From an uncultured Candidatus Saccharibacteria bacterium (GTDB taxonomy: Bacteria > Patescibacteriota > Minisyncoccia > Phycocordibacterales > UBA12088), in the NCBI GenBank assembly GCA_964567265.1, contig CAZMLK010000001.1, positions 459,723 through 523,722 of the forward strand: 64,000 nucleotides of DNA, read 5' to 3'. Below the pieces are notes generated by a model that was not told where the DNA came from, made no database searches, and saw only the letters and a program-made list of their open reading frames with translations. A program made the position numbers and the translations under genes. The number at the start of each line of letters is the position of its first letter. The first letter of the stretch is position 1. This document shows positions 1 to 9,899 of the stretch, piece after piece.

Positions 1-1
1 C

Positions 2-607
2 GTGGCATCATATGGAATGATCATTCCAGCCGACATCTTGGATCTTCCAAAGCACGGAGTCCTCAACGTGCACCCGTCACTCCTCCCGAAATACCGCGGC
101 ACCTCCCCTTTTGTTTCGCAGATTCTTGCCGACGATCCCGAGTGCGGGGTCTCGATCATGCTCCTCGACGAAAAGATGGATCACGGACCGATCCTTGCGC
201 AGGGCCGTATTCTCATTGAGCCGGAAGATTGGCCAATCGATGCTCACACCCTCGGAGAACTTCTCGCGCATGAAGGCGGCGCGCTCCTCGCGGAAACTAT
301 TTATAAATGGGTTGATGGCGAGATCACGCCCGAAGAACAGGACCATTCGAAGGCGACCTATACGAAGAAGGTATCAAAGGAGGACGGCCTTCTCGATCTC
401 AGTGGCGATCCCCGGCAGAATTACCTGAAGATCGCGGCGTATATCGGCTGGCCAGGCACGTATTTCTTCGCAGAAAAAAAGAATGGATCGAAGATCCGAG
501 TGAAAGTCGCCGATGCGGAATTCGAGCATGGCGAACTTAGAATCACCAAAGTGATCCCTGAGGGCAAGAAGGAGATGGCGTATGAGGATTTTATGCGAGG
601 ACTGTAG
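2..607 (+). CDS. fmt: Methionyl-tRNA formyltransferase, C-terminal portion (5' end lies outside the window)
   Basis: Formyltransferase motif 'HPSLLPKYRG' and C-terminal Fmt-like domain. The ORF runs to a stop at 607. Confidence 0.85.
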   Translation: MASYGMIIPADILDLPKHGVLNVHPSLLPKYRGTSPFVSQILADDPECGVSIMLLDEKMDHGPILAQGRILIEPEDWPIDAHTLGELLAHEGGALLAETIYKWVDGEITPEEQDHSKATYTKKVSKEDGLLDLSGDPRQNYLKIAAYIGWPGTYFFAEKKNGSKIRVKVADAEFEHGELRITKVIPEGKKEMAYEDFMRGL

Positions 608-625
608 AATTGGAGATTTAAATAC

Positions 626-663
626 AAAAGCCCCCGCGGCACGAAGTGCCGCGGGGGCTTTTG
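626..663. terminator. Rho-independent terminator between fmt and hpf (bidirectional)
   Basis: GC stem GCCCCCGCGGCAC / GTGCCGCGGGGGC with a GAA loop, flanked by an A-run and a T-run. Confidence 0.6.
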
Positions 664-679
664 TATTTCGTTTTTTATA

Positions 680-1048
680 TTATTTCCCGATTCCAAAGCC
701 GCGGAGGAAATTCTTCACCCGGGCGCCGCCCTGCCGCATGAGCGTGGTGTTCTTCCGCTTGTCGCGGCGCATTTCCTGAAGGAGATTTCCCTGCATCCCG
801 TCGATCGCGGCCTGGATGGTCTCCGCCTCCGCGGTCGCACGATACATCTTGCCATCCACCTCAAGATTGATCTCGGCGCGGAAGACATTTCCCTTCTCAT
901 GATGCTCGCTCGGACGCGCGAGCTCGACATCACAAACGACGCGGACGCCGTCGGGAATCAGCTTCTCTACTGCTTCAAGCCGCTTCTCAAGATAAGAGTC
1001 GAGGTCGGTTGATAGATTGAGGCCGGTTGCCTTCGAGTTTACCTGCAT
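680..1048 (-). CDS. hpf: Ribosome hibernation promoting factor / sigma-54 modulation protein family
   Basis: Start taken at 'MQVNSKATGLNLSTDLDSYLEKRLEAVEKL', matching the HPF N-terminus; 'RAEINLEVDGKMYRA' core. The track ORF extends to 1093. Confidence 0.8.
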   Translation of the reverse strand: MQVNSKATGLNLSTDLDSYLEKRLEAVEKLIPDGVRVVCDVELARPSEHHEKGNVFRAEINLEVDGKMYRATAEAETIQAAIDGMQGNLLQEMRRDKRKNTTLMRQGGARVKNFLRGFGIGK

Positions 1049-1310
1049 TCGGAGTGCCATTGTTGCTGAGCTTAGGGTTTTTAACGTACTCATCGTTTAG
1101 TACCAACAGCTTGCGCGGCGTCTTTCGCCCCCCAAAAAGCTTCAACGCTGAGTGCGGGACCTTCAGGTGTTTCGCCATCACCTCGATCACGCGGATATTA
1201 TCGTCGTTTCTAACTTCACGCGGACGGACCGCGACCACGTAGGTTCCCTTGCCGATTTCCTTGACGGATGTCTTGGCAGCCGGCACTTTCATCTGCACAC
1301 GTATATACAT
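987..1310 (-). CDS. DUF167 (YggU) family protein
   Basis: 'IRVQMKVPAAKTSVKEIGKGTYVVAVRPREVRNDDNIRVIEVMAKHLKVPHSALKLFGGRKTPRKLLVL' fits the YggU/DUF167 pattern. The 3' tail overlaps the hpf start, so the true stop is uncertain. Confidence 0.55.
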   Translation of the reverse strand: MYIRVQMKVPAAKTSVKEIGKGTYVVAVRPREVRNDDNIRVIEVMAKHLKVPHSALKLFGGRKTPRKLLVLNDEYVKNPKLSNNGTPNAGKLEGNRPQSINRPRLLS

Positions 1311-1319
1311 GCATCTATT

Positions 1320-1904
1320 CTACCGCTTCCGGTCATACCGGCCAACGAGTACAGTCTGCATACGCACATGTCCCTCCTGCGCCGCCAGCACCTCCGACTT
1401 CGTCGCTCCCTCAGGAAGATCGAGGAGCGTGTCCAGCGCGTAGAGGGTGAAGACGTACCGATGCTCGCGGTCGGGCGGGCAAGGTCCTGCATAGAAGCGC
1501 TTGCCGAGCGTGGTTCTTCCTGCCGTTCCTACGCGCCCTGCCCCTTCTTCGATAACCTGCGTCGTCTGAGGAATGTTAAACACCAGCCAGTGAGTCACGG
1601 TGTCGCTGCCGACCAGCGATTTTGCGGCTTCCGGAATATCCGGATCATCGACGATCAGCGTGAAGGAGGCAGTCCCTTCGGGCGGATCTGTAATTGCCAA
1701 AGGCGGACTGATATTGGGCCCGTCACAGGTATACGCGGGCGGCATGCTTCCGTTGTTCGGGAATGCGGCGCTGGTCAGTGCGAATGTACTCATGGTATCG
1801 GGGGTGCCAGCGCGCCGATCGCGGGAATTTTTCTCAAATCCGGCATACGCGCTTCCGAGAATAAGAAGTACGAGCAGGCCCCAGAGAATGTATGCTTCGC
1901 GCAT
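1320..1904 (-). CDS. PEBP (YbhB/YbcL, Raf-kinase-inhibitor-like) family protein, membrane-anchored or secreted
   Basis: N-terminal hydrophobic segment; 'TCDGPNISPPL', 'DPDIPEA' and 'THWLVFNIP' resemble PEBP motifs. Confidence 0.75.
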   Translation of the reverse strand: MREAYILWGLLVLLILGSAYAGFEKNSRDRRAGTPDTMSTFALTSAAFPNNGSMPPAYTCDGPNISPPLAITDPPEGTASFTLIVDDPDIPEAAKSLVGSDTVTHWLVFNIPQTTQVIEEGAGRVGTAGRTTLGKRFYAGPCPPDREHRYVFTLYALDTLLDLPEGATKSEVLAAQEGHVRMQTVLVGRYDRKR

Positions 1905-1970
1905 TGATGGCTCCCTTCTGAATAAATATGGCAGACCGTGAGTGAAGATTCGCGGAAGGAATCCTAAGCG

Positions 1971-2909
1971 TTAATCGAATAGCTTCACCAGATAGTCGTC
2001 GATATCGCGCTGATCCATGTCATAGAAATGCTTGCCGCTCTTGTGGAGCGCAGTCGCGAGCTCGATGCCGACATAGCGCCAGTGCCACGGCTCGAAAATG
2101 TAATACGCATTCTCCTTCGGGTAGGACATGATGAATCCATACTTGTATGCGTTCGCGAGCACCCACGGATAGACCGCGGTCTCATCGAAGCCGTCGAGGA
2201 CGCCGCCCTGCCCGGTCGAGATGAAGTCGATCGTCGTGCCAAGCTGGTGCTCGGAATACCCCTGGTCGGCAGAGAACTGGTTCGCCGTCCCAGCGCCATA
2301 GGTCACGGTATAGCTGTCCTTGATGTTGTTCTGCTCCTCGAACGAACGGAAGCCTGATTTGACGTAGAGCTTCTGCCCGGCTGCCTCAGCCGCATCAAGA
2401 AGCGCCTTCAGGTGCGGCCACACCGATTCATGGATCTTGATCGTCTGGCTTTCCGAATACAAGTACTTCTTGTCGATGAGGGCCAGCTTTGCCGGCTGGT
2501 AATGCTCATTCAGGAAGAAGACCTTTGAATATTTCTGGAGGAGCTCGGGATCGGTCTTGGAGAGCTTCTCGAGCGTATTCACGGACCCCGAGATCTTGGA
2601 TGCCTCGGCCTTCAGGCCGCCGACCTGGGATTCGATGGTCTTCGCGTATTCCTGGCTCTTGTTGAGATCCTCAGCGAGCGCGATCGCCTGCTTCTCGGCA
2701 GCGGTGAGGTTCTGCGACAGCACGCCGATCACGGCGTCGGTTTTCGCGGTCGTGGATGCGAAATCGAGCCTGAGCGTCAGGAGCTCGATCTGGAGGGCGC
2801 GGAGCTGCTTGGCTGAATGCCAATATTGGAAACCGAGCCCGCCCGCAAGGAGAACGATGGCGGCGATGATCGCCCAGAATATGATGGGAATGTGTGCGAC
2901 TTTCTTCAT
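1971..2909 (-). CDS. D-alanyl-D-alanine carboxypeptidase, VanY / peptidase M15B-like, membrane-anchored
   Basis: 'SGFRSFEEQ', 'SEHQLGTTIDF' and 'EPWHWRYVG' are M15B/VanY motifs; TM helix after 'MKKVAHIPIIFWAIIAAIVLLAGG'. Confidence 0.8.
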   Translation of the reverse strand: MKKVAHIPIIFWAIIAAIVLLAGGLGFQYWHSAKQLRALQIELLTLRLDFASTTAKTDAVIGVLSQNLTAAEKQAIALAEDLNKSQEYAKTIESQVGGLKAEASKISGSVNTLEKLSKTDPELLQKYSKVFFLNEHYQPAKLALIDKKYLYSESQTIKIHESVWPHLKALLDAAEAAGQKLYVKSGFRSFEEQNNIKDSYTVTYGAGTANQFSADQGYSEHQLGTTIDFISTGQGGVLDGFDETAVYPWVLANAYKYGFIMSYPKENAYYIFEPWHWRYVGIELATALHKSGKHFYDMDQRDIDDYLVKLFD

Positions 2910-3007
2910 AGCCTGCTCCTCCGAGTATATCATGACCGCGTTTTTGCAAACCGCGAGAAATGCACCCGTTCCGAAAACTGCTCGGCTTTTGTATACTGTC
3001 CCTTCAT

Positions 3008-3433
3008 ATGAACAAGAAACAATTCCTCGAGGCGCTCCGTGAAGTATATACCCGGCTCGGAGTTGGCGCGCACGGTGTCGGTGTCTTCGCGATTCGAGAC
3101 ATCCCGAAAGGCACCGACGTCTTCAAGAACTGCGATCCGCATGGAGACGTGCTCGAGATAACGGAGGAAGAACTGACTTCGTTCGACGCGCCGGATGCCG
3201 CGAAGCTCCTCGTCCGCGATTTCTGCGCGTTCCAGGACGGCGTCTACTTCGTTCCCGACTACGGCATCGATGCTCTGCCGAAGTCCTACTTCCTCAACCA
3301 CTCCGATACGCCGAACATCATGACGCCCGACAAGGGAGAGACGTTCCTTGCTGCGCGCGACATCACAGCCGGCGAAGAGCTATCGGCGAACTACGACGAC
3401 TATCACGAGGCGAGCCACTTCGAGCGGAAATAA
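3008..3433 (+). CDS. SET-domain protein (putative protein-lysine methyltransferase)
   Basis: 'FLNHSDTPN' (NHSxxPN SET motif), 'GVFAIRDIPKGTDV' and 'ELSANYDDY' post-SET-like region. ATG at 3008 (MNKKQ). Confidence 0.7.
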   Translation: MNKKQFLEALREVYTRLGVGAHGVGVFAIRDIPKGTDVFKNCDPHGDVLEITEEELTSFDAPDAAKLLVRDFCAFQDGVYFVPDYGIDALPKSYFLNHSDTPNIMTPDKGETFLAARDITAGEELSANYDDYHEASHFERK

Positions 3434-3507
3434 TCGAAAGGTAAAACAGAGTGAAAAGAAAAAGGCGCTCCCCTTGGGGAGCGCCTTGACGTCAATGAAC
3501 CTGATGG

Positions 3508-4929
3508 TCAGTTGTTGCCGTTTTTCGCCGGCGGCAGACTTGCGATCCACGCAAGGAGACTCGCTTTCATGGACTGCAGTCGGGCGGGCATCGAGGAATT
3601 CAAGAGAATCTTCGTTCCCCGATCATTTTGGAGGTTATAGAGATTGTAGGTCGTACCGTCCTGCAAGCGCTCCAGGAAGTACGGCCAGTCGAGCATGGCG
3701 GCGATGACCTTGTTTCGCCCCCAGGCGAAATACTTGCGTTTCGGGACGGCAAGAGACGGATTCCTGAGGTAGGGCAAGAGGCTGATGCCATTCAGCTTGT
3801 ACGACGCGGGCGCGGCATAGGTACCGCCCGATGCCGCATCCATGATGGTCGGAAACCAGTCGTACATGAATGCCGGCTGGTTGAAGGTCGTGCCGGCCCT
3901 GATATCGCCAGCCGGCCAATAGACGCTCGCGGGAACGAGTATGCCGCCCGGATCCGCATGACCCTTGTTCCCCATCTCGGGAAGATTGGAGCACTTTAGG
4001 TTCTCAGTCACGTGGAGAACCGGGTCGGACAGCCCGTTGCCGCAATCGCCACCGTTATCGCTCTCCGTAATGAAGAGAGTATTGTCGTGATCGATCTCGA
4101 GCGCCGCCGCGAGCACCATCCCGACGATGTGATCGAGGTCATAGTACATCGCGAGGATCATGCGGAGCTGCGGATCCGCGACGCTCGCGAATGCCGCCAG
4201 CGCTTCCGGCGTTGCTTGCGCGGGCGTATGGACCGAATTGACCGGCAGATAGAGAAACGTCTTCTCGTCCCGATGCGCACGCATCCACCGGATCGCGGTT
4301 TCGGCGAAGTAATAGCCGATATGCTTGTCGTCAGCGATGCTAACGACTTCTTCGCGGAGTCCGACGCCTCCATGGTAGATCTGGTTGTTGGTATCGTCGA
4401 CGTCGCAACCGATCTTGGTATAGCAGTGATGCCCGTCATAGAAGACCCAGGACTCGCGGAATCCGCGCTGCCAGGGCTGGCGCCCATTCTCCAGCGACTT
4501 GTCTGGAGCACCTCCCATGTGCCACTTGCCGACAACTGCCGTCAAGTATCCGAGATTCGTCAGCTGTTCAGCCAACGTGGGATATTGCGTCGGCACGCCG
4601 GTCACCGGCTTCGTGTCCGCGATATTGCCCCGAAGGCCAATGAGCGGCGAACTGCGGCCGGTTGCGAGCTCAGCCCGTGACGGCTGACAAAGATGCGGCG
4701 CGAAGGGAACGGTGAACCGTATCCCCTCAGCCGCGATCCAATCGAGATTCGGCGTCTTACTGCCGAACTTCTTCAGATTCGTACCGTTCGAGTAGCCTTC
4801 GTCATCTCGAAGGAGAAAGACGATGTGCTTCGGCGCAGGGGCCGCAGCCGCCCCTGCTGACTGCGCCACCACTGCTCCGAAGAACAGCAGTGAGGCTGTC
4901 AGCAGTGCCAATGATTTTCCGAGTCGCAT
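3508..4929 (-). CDS. Sulfatase (arylsulfatase family), secreted
   Basis: Signal peptide. 'PHLCQPSRAELATGR' carries the C-x-P-x-R formylglycine motif, and 'GKWHMG' is sulfatase signature II. Confidence 0.8.
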   Translation of the reverse strand: MRLGKSLALLTASLLFFGAVVAQSAGAAAAPAPKHIVFLLRDDEGYSNGTNLKKFGSKTPNLDWIAAEGIRFTVPFAPHLCQPSRAELATGRSSPLIGLRGNIADTKPVTGVPTQYPTLAEQLTNLGYLTAVVGKWHMGGAPDKSLENGRQPWQRGFRESWVFYDGHHCYTKIGCDVDDTNNQIYHGGVGLREEVVSIADDKHIGYYFAETAIRWMRAHRDEKTFLYLPVNSVHTPAQATPEALAAFASVADPQLRMILAMYYDLDHIVGMVLAAALEIDHDNTLFITESDNGGDCGNGLSDPVLHVTENLKCSNLPEMGNKGHADPGGILVPASVYWPAGDIRAGTTFNQPAFMYDWFPTIMDAASGGTYAAPASYKLNGISLLPYLRNPSLAVPKRKYFAWGRNKVIAAMLDWPYFLERLQDGTTYNLYNLQNDRGTKILLNSSMPARLQSMKASLLAWIASLPPAKNGNN

Positions 4930-5075
4930 AGCGATATTCCCTTACTATGCATGTCAACGTTCGAACGCTCCGCGTCAAGGATTTCTTGCCGCGTTCCGCA
5001 AAGGACTATGCCACAGAAATGCTTTTTTGTCATTTTCTTAGATCGACTCGCGTGTTCCCTGCTATCATAGTGAGC

Positions 5076-5708
5076 ATGCATATCCGTATCGGCGTTGCTG
5101 TCGGGGTCATCGCGCTCCTCGCGTTCGGCCTCTTGGTCGTTGCTGCCCGGGAGCCGAACGGAACGACGCTCGTTCCCCCGGCAGAAGGTGGAGGCGTGCC
5201 AGCTGAGCCGGCAGCGAAAAAGGCCGACTCGCCGAAAGTCGCCACCTCGACGACGAGCACGCCATGGAAGGAATTCAAGAAACCGAGCGAAGCCGATCTC
5301 CGAGCGGAGCTTTCGGCAATCTCGTTCGAAGTCACGCAGAAGGAAGGCACGGAGACGCCATTTAGTAATGCATACTGGCACAACGAAGAGGCTGGCATCT
5401 ACGTCGATGTGGTTTCCGGCGAGCCGCTGTTCTCATCGCTTGATAAATATGATTCCGGCACGGGTTGGCCATCATTCACGAAGCCGCTCGTTGCGGAAAA
5501 TATAATATTCAAGGAAGACTACCTCCTTGGGATGAGGCGTACGGAAGTGCGCTCCCAGCATGCAGACTCGCATCTGGGACATGTCTTCGACGACGGCCCC
5601 GCGCCGCTCGGCAAGCGCTACTGCATGAATTCCGCAGCGCTCCGTTTCATTCCAAAGGCAGACCTGGAAGCGGAAGGTTACGCCGAGTTCGCGCCGCTCT
5701 TCAACTAA
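5076..5708 (+). CDS. msrB: Peptide methionine sulfoxide reductase MsrB, membrane-anchored
   Basis: 'GTGWPSF', '[21 protein letters not shown]' and 'RYCMNSAAL' are SelR/MsrB motifs. N-terminal TM helix; ATG at 5076. Confidence 0.85.
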   Translation: MHIRIGVAVGVIALLAFGLLVVAAREPNGTTLVPPAEGGGVPAEPAAKKADSPKVATSTTSTPWKEFKKPSEADLRAELSAISFEVTQKEGTETPFSNAYWHNEEAGIYVDVVSGEPLFSSLDKYDSGTGWPSFTKPLVAENIIFKEDYLLGMRRTEVRSQHADSHLGHVFDDGPAPLGKRYCMNSAALRFIPKADLEAEGYAEFAPLFN

Positions 5709-5850
5709 GCGCTCTCAGAAAATACCTGGCTACTCACCGGGTATTTTCTTTTGCATGGAATGTAATATTTTTTCGAAGAGCCTGTAGTAGTTGATGTCAC
5801 TGGTGCGGTTGGTCGGGCAGTGACCCATTACCAACTCACGAAATACCACT

Positions 5851-6264
5851 ATGAAATTCACGAACACACTGATGCTCGGCATCGGGACACTCGGCCTCCT
5901 CGCTGGAATCGGCGGAACGGCTGCACTCCAGACATTCGCTGCTGACTCCACGACAACGGGAGCGACTGCGACAAGCGGGAATGTCGTTACCCAGGCGGCA
6001 GCGAAGATCGATCAGTCACTTGGCGGACACATCGGAGCGAATGGTACGAAGGAAGAGCTGCTCACCAGCGATACCGCGGCCAAGGTCACGGCTGCTGCAC
6101 TCGCAGCTGAGCCCGGTGCGACCATTGAGCGCGTCGAGACCGACGCGGAAGGCGCTGCCTATGAGGCGCATATCACCAAGGCCGACGGGACGCGCGCGAC
6201 GCTCAAGTTCGACACGAACTTTACGGTCACCGCGACCGAGACCGGCGGACCAGGCGGACGCTAA
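5851..6264 (+). CDS. Secreted PepSY-like domain protein
   Basis: Signal peptide. 'AAKVTAAALAAEPGATIERVETDAEGAAYEAHITKADGTRATLKFD' follows the PepSY pattern. Confidence 0.5.
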   Translation: MKFTNTLMLGIGTLGLLAGIGGTAALQTFAADSTTTGATATSGNVVTQAAAKIDQSLGGHIGANGTKEELLTSDTAAKVTAAALAAEPGATIERVETDAEGAAYEAHITKADGTRATLKFDTNFTVTATETGGPGGR

Positions 6265-6352
6265 CCTGAAGCCAGGCATCATGAACCACAGCATGCTGTA
6301 TTGAAAATACTCCGGATGTACACCGGAGTATTTTCATATCAACGAGGTGCGC

Positions 6353-6694
6353 TTACCTGCGGATGATGAAGGACGTGACCCACGGCTTCCCATCCTCACC
6401 GACCGAGTAGGTGAAGTCAGCAACGAACGCATTGTGCCCGTCCTCGTATTCAACTGTTCCCCTGCCGCTATCGGTCTCGATCTTCGTCACGTAGAAGGTG
6501 CCGCCGAGGACCTCCTTTTCCGGCGAGAGGTCGCTGATCTGCTGCCGTACGTAGGATTCAATATCCATGTATCGCGGCGATTCGTGAGAGGGGGCATCAG
6601 CTTTTTCTGGAAGCATGACGAATAATTCGAACGCCGATAGTGCACCGATGGCAAGAAGCGCGATCCCGAGAAGTGTTTTTTTACTGGTCATCAT
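6353..6694 (-). CDS. Hypothetical membrane-anchored protein
   Basis: Single N-terminal TM segment; no recognisable motif. Confidence 0.45.
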   Translation of the reverse strand: MMTSKKTLLGIALLAIGALSAFELFVMLPEKADAPSHESPRYMDIESYVRQQISDLSPEKEVLGGTFYVTKIETDSGRGTVEYEDGHNAFVADFTYSVGEDGKPWVTSFIIRR

Positions 6695-6858
6695 GGTGGC
6701 TGGCCGGAGTACGGATCGAAGACCGGTTGGTATAATTGTAAGTCAGGGATGCATTAAGCCAAAAGGCCCTGTCCGCTTCCCTGGCCGGCCCCTAGCCACG
6801 AAACGGGAATTCTGTGCTAGAATAGGGCTTTATAATCCTTATTCAATTCATTCTTTCT

Positions 6859-7158
6859 ATGGCAACAGCGAAGAAGGCACCGGCAGCAAAGAAAGCAGCT
6901 GGACCAAAAAAGGCGAACTCAGCGTTTATGAAGCCGCTCGCAGTGAGCGATGAGCTCGCCGTCGTCGTCGGCAAGGGCCCGATGCCGCGCTCAGAAGTCG
7001 CATCGAAGATCTGGGTGTACATCAAGAAGCATGATCTCCAGGATCCGAAGAACAAGCGCGATATCATCGCGGATGAGGCCCTCATGGCCGTATTCGGAGG
7101 CAAGAAGGTGGTGAACATGTTCGAGATGACGAAGCTCGTCTCGAAGCACCTCTCATAG
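6859..7158 (+). CDS. SWIB/MDM2-domain protein with an N-terminal Lys/Ala-rich histone-H1-like tail
   Basis: 'MATAKKAPAAKKAAGPKKA' tail, then 'KIWVYIKKHDLQDPKNKRDIIADEALMAVFGGKKVVNMFEMTKLVSKHL' (SWIB fold pattern). Confidence 0.8.
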   Translation: MATAKKAPAAKKAAGPKKANSAFMKPLAVSDELAVVVGKGPMPRSEVASKIWVYIKKHDLQDPKNKRDIIADEALMAVFGGKKVVNMFEMTKLVSKHLS

Positions 7159-7177
7159 CCCAAAGAGTGAGGAATAG

Positions 7178-7213
7178 AAACCGGCCGGAGGCTTTCGCCT
7201 CCGGCCGGTTTTC
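7178..7213. terminator. Rho-independent terminator after the SWIB gene
   Basis: CCGGCCGGAGGC-TTTC-GCCTCCGGCCGG followed by TTTTC. Confidence 0.6.
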
Positions 7214-7227
7214 TGCAGGTACCCAGA

Positions 7228-7635
7228 TCAATTCATAAGGGTACGCGTGAGGGTGGGAGTGTACGGCATCTGTGCGGGCTCATCGAGCAACTTGGTGAAC
7301 GAGCGGCTCGCGAAGCGGAGAGATGCGAGCACGATCGCTCCCAGTACCGCATAGAGCGCGATCGCTCCGAGCGTCTGCCATTCGACCACGCTTCCCGCGA
7401 GCGAGATGCCCGCCTGGCCGCCGAGCGGATGAAGAAGCGTGTTCGTGATCGCATAGATGAGCGACGTTGCCGGCGCGACCGCGCTCGCCCCCAGGAGCTT
7501 GAGCACGAAGCGAAACGCGAGAAGAATGAGCGCGGCACGGAGTGCAAATGCTGCATATGCAGCCACGCGTTCGCCAATACCCACGAGCGTCGCACGCTCC
7601 TCGACATAGTCAGATGTGAGAATGTATCCGTTCAT
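7228..7635 (-). CDS. YggT-family membrane protein (paralog 1 of 3)
   Basis: 'LAFRFVLKLLGAS' and 'VEWQTLGAIALYAVLGAIVL' fit the YggT pattern. It shares the 'FRFVLKLLGA' core with the genes at 14652 and 15199. Confidence 0.6.
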   Translation of the reverse strand: MNGYILTSDYVEERATLVGIGERVAAYAAFALRAALILLAFRFVLKLLGASAVAPATSLIYAITNTLLHPLGGQAGISLAGSVVEWQTLGAIALYAVLGAIVLASLRFASRSFTKLLDEPAQMPYTPTLTRTLMN

Positions 7636-8159
7636 ATATGTTGTAGAGTTTCGGCTGCTAATCTTCAGGACGTCCCGACTCGATCGTCTGCTATCGCTTA
7701 CTGACGCAGAACGCTGGCAGGAATATTATTCAGTGCTCTTTGCAGCCTCATGATGGGCATCAGCGGCTTCCTCATGAGCGTCCGCTCGGGCCTGATCGGC
7801 TTCTTCCTCCTGCTCTTCTGCCTCAGCGACCTTCTCGTCTGCTGCTTTGGTGTTGTCTGCCATGCATGCACATTAATTTTCTAATAGCTCAAGTATGCAG
7901 GAGGTGCGGTGAAAGAAAGATGAACGGCTTTGCATGCATAGGCAGCATTTCTTACACTTGACCTCTTTCAGTTCTATACGTATTACATCCGATTCATGCT
8001 ATACTACAGGTGACGGTTTTCTGCGATCCGAATTGGGAGCACATGCTCCCTGCCACTTCACCATACGGGCGCAAGTAACCTCTTCCCTCCTTATGCACCA
8101 AACAGCGCAGGCGACGCTCTTTCTTTTACATTGGTCGTTATTCATGCCCAGACTCCACC

Positions 8160-9251
8160 ATGGCATCACTGACCAAAAAGAAGCTCCTCGAGGAGACCGC
8201 CTACAAAAATGACGGCCGGCTTCGCATGCTCTTCGATAACACGAACGAGCACGCCATTTGCATGCTTGATGATCGCGGACAGGTGATCAGCTGGAACATG
8301 AGTGCTGAGAACATGACTGGCTATTCCTCTTCCGACATGATCAGCAAGGACTATGCGGTCATGTTCTCAGCCGATGAACAGAAGCGCAAGGTGCCAGCAA
8401 AGACCCTCGCCCTCGCGGCCAAGAAATCGACGCTGACCGATGAAGGCATTCGCATCCGGAAGGATGGTTCGCACTTCTGGGCACGCTCATTTCTGACGCT
8501 GGTCAAGAAGAGCTCGCGAGGCGCGAATTTCTTCGTGCTCATCATGCAGGACATCACGCTCGGCAGGAAACGGGACCAGCTGCGGGAGAAATACATCGGC
8601 ATCGCCTCTCATGAGCTCAAGAATCCGATCACCACCCTCTCCCTGTATTCCGAACTCCTCGAGAAGCGCCTCGCGCTTGACGGAGACGAGCGGAATCTGC
8701 AGATGTTGCGCGATATCCAGGGACAGGTCACTCGCCTGGTATCACTCGTCGATGATCTTCTCATCGTGAGCAAGATCGGCGGCGACAGATTGCAACCACG
8801 GAAGGAGGACTTCAGCCCAGATACGCTCTTGAAAAAGATCATCCACGATTTCCAGTACAGCAACCCGACCCACAGGATCCATTACACGAGCGCCGGCGTC
8901 CGTCTGGTCCGCGCGGATAAGAATCTCATTACGCAGGTCCTCATCAACCTCCTCACGAATGCGCTCAAATATTCGCCGCAATCAAACAAAATATATGTCC
9001 GTATCATGCGAAAGAACGGCAAGTGCCTCATATCGGTGCAGGACTTTGGCATCGGCATCGCCAAGAAAGACCAGAAGGAGATATTCAGCCGGTTCTTCCG
9101 GACAGATACGACCAGTGCCGGCAACGTCGCGGGCTCGGGACTTGGCCTCTATATCTCCAAGGAAATCATGAAGAAGCACCGCGAACGCCTCTATGTTGAG
9201 AGCGTCGAAGGAAAAGGCAGCACCTTTTTCTTCACGCTTCCAACGGTTTGA
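8160..9251 (+). CDS. Cytoplasmic PAS-domain sensor histidine kinase
   Basis: PAS-like N-terminus; HisKA 'IASHELKNPITTL'; HATPase_c 'VQDFGIGIAKKDQKEIFSRFFRTD...GSGLGLYISKEIM'. Confidence 0.8.
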   Translation: MASLTKKKLLEETAYKNDGRLRMLFDNTNEHAICMLDDRGQVISWNMSAENMTGYSSSDMISKDYAVMFSADEQKRKVPAKTLALAAKKSTLTDEGIRIRKDGSHFWARSFLTLVKKSSRGANFFVLIMQDITLGRKRDQLREKYIGIASHELKNPITTLSLYSELLEKRLALDGDERNLQMLRDIQGQVTRLVSLVDDLLIVSKIGGDRLQPRKEDFSPDTLLKKIIHDFQYSNPTHRIHYTSAGVRLVRADKNLITQVLINLLTNALKYSPQSNKIYVRIMRKNGKCLISVQDFGIGIAKKDQKEIFSRFFRTDTTSAGNVAGSGLGLYISKEIMKKHRERLYVESVEGKGSTFFFTLPTV

Positions 9252-9279
9252 TCATGCGTTGAAAACAAACACTATCACT

Positions 9280-9832
9280 ATGAAAAAAACAAAGAAAAAA
9301 ATCCCTGAGGTGAAGCGTCGTGTAATACTCGGCACTGATGCAGATATGCTTTGGAAAGTCGCATGGACATACATCCAGACCGTCATCGACACGGCACGCG
9401 AGCCATTCCTCATATTGGATGAGGATCTCCGCGTGCTTTCCGCGAACAAGACCTTCTACAAGTTTTTCCGCGTGAAAAAAAAAAGACACCGAGGATATGC
9501 TCGTCTACAAGCTGGGAGACCGGCAGTGGGATATCCCCGCACTCCGCAAGCTCCTCGAAAAGATCCTTCCGAAAAGCACTCATTTCAGTGATTACGAGGT
9601 TGACCATGAGTTTCCCGTCATCGGACGCAAGATCATGCTCCTCAATGCACGGAGGATCTATCGGACGCAAAGCAATGTACCGATCATGCTGCTTGCTATG
9701 GAAGATATCACGAAGCGGAAGGAGCTTGAGGAGAATCTTCGCGACTATGCGCTCAAGCTGAACGAAGCGGTGTCGCTCCGTACAAAGGAACTCGAGATGC
9801 GTGTCCAGCAGCTCGAGGGGCTGAATAGATAA
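9280..9832 (+). pseudogene. PAS-domain protein interrupted by a +1 frameshift at an A10 homopolymer (9476-9485)
   Basis: The frame-1 ORF 'MKKTKKKIPEVKRRVILG...FFRVKKK' stops just after the A-run. The frame-2 ORF continues 'EDMLVYKLGDRQWDIPALRKLLEKILPKSTHFSDYEVDHEFPVIGRKIMLLNARRI', a PAS fold typical of CheR/CheB-associated PAS domains. Confidence 0.5.
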
Positions 9833-9854
9833 CTGTGATTCGTACAGCGCCACG

Positions 9855-9899
9855 CAGAAAACGCCTTCAGATGAACGCCTCATCAGAAGGCGTTTTCTG
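9855..9899. terminator. Strong hairpin (14-bp perfect stem, 17-nt loop) downstream of the PAS gene; terminator-like
   Basis: CAGAAAACGCCTTC ... GAAGGCGTTTTCTG followed by TGTGT. The U-tract is weak. Confidence 0.35.
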
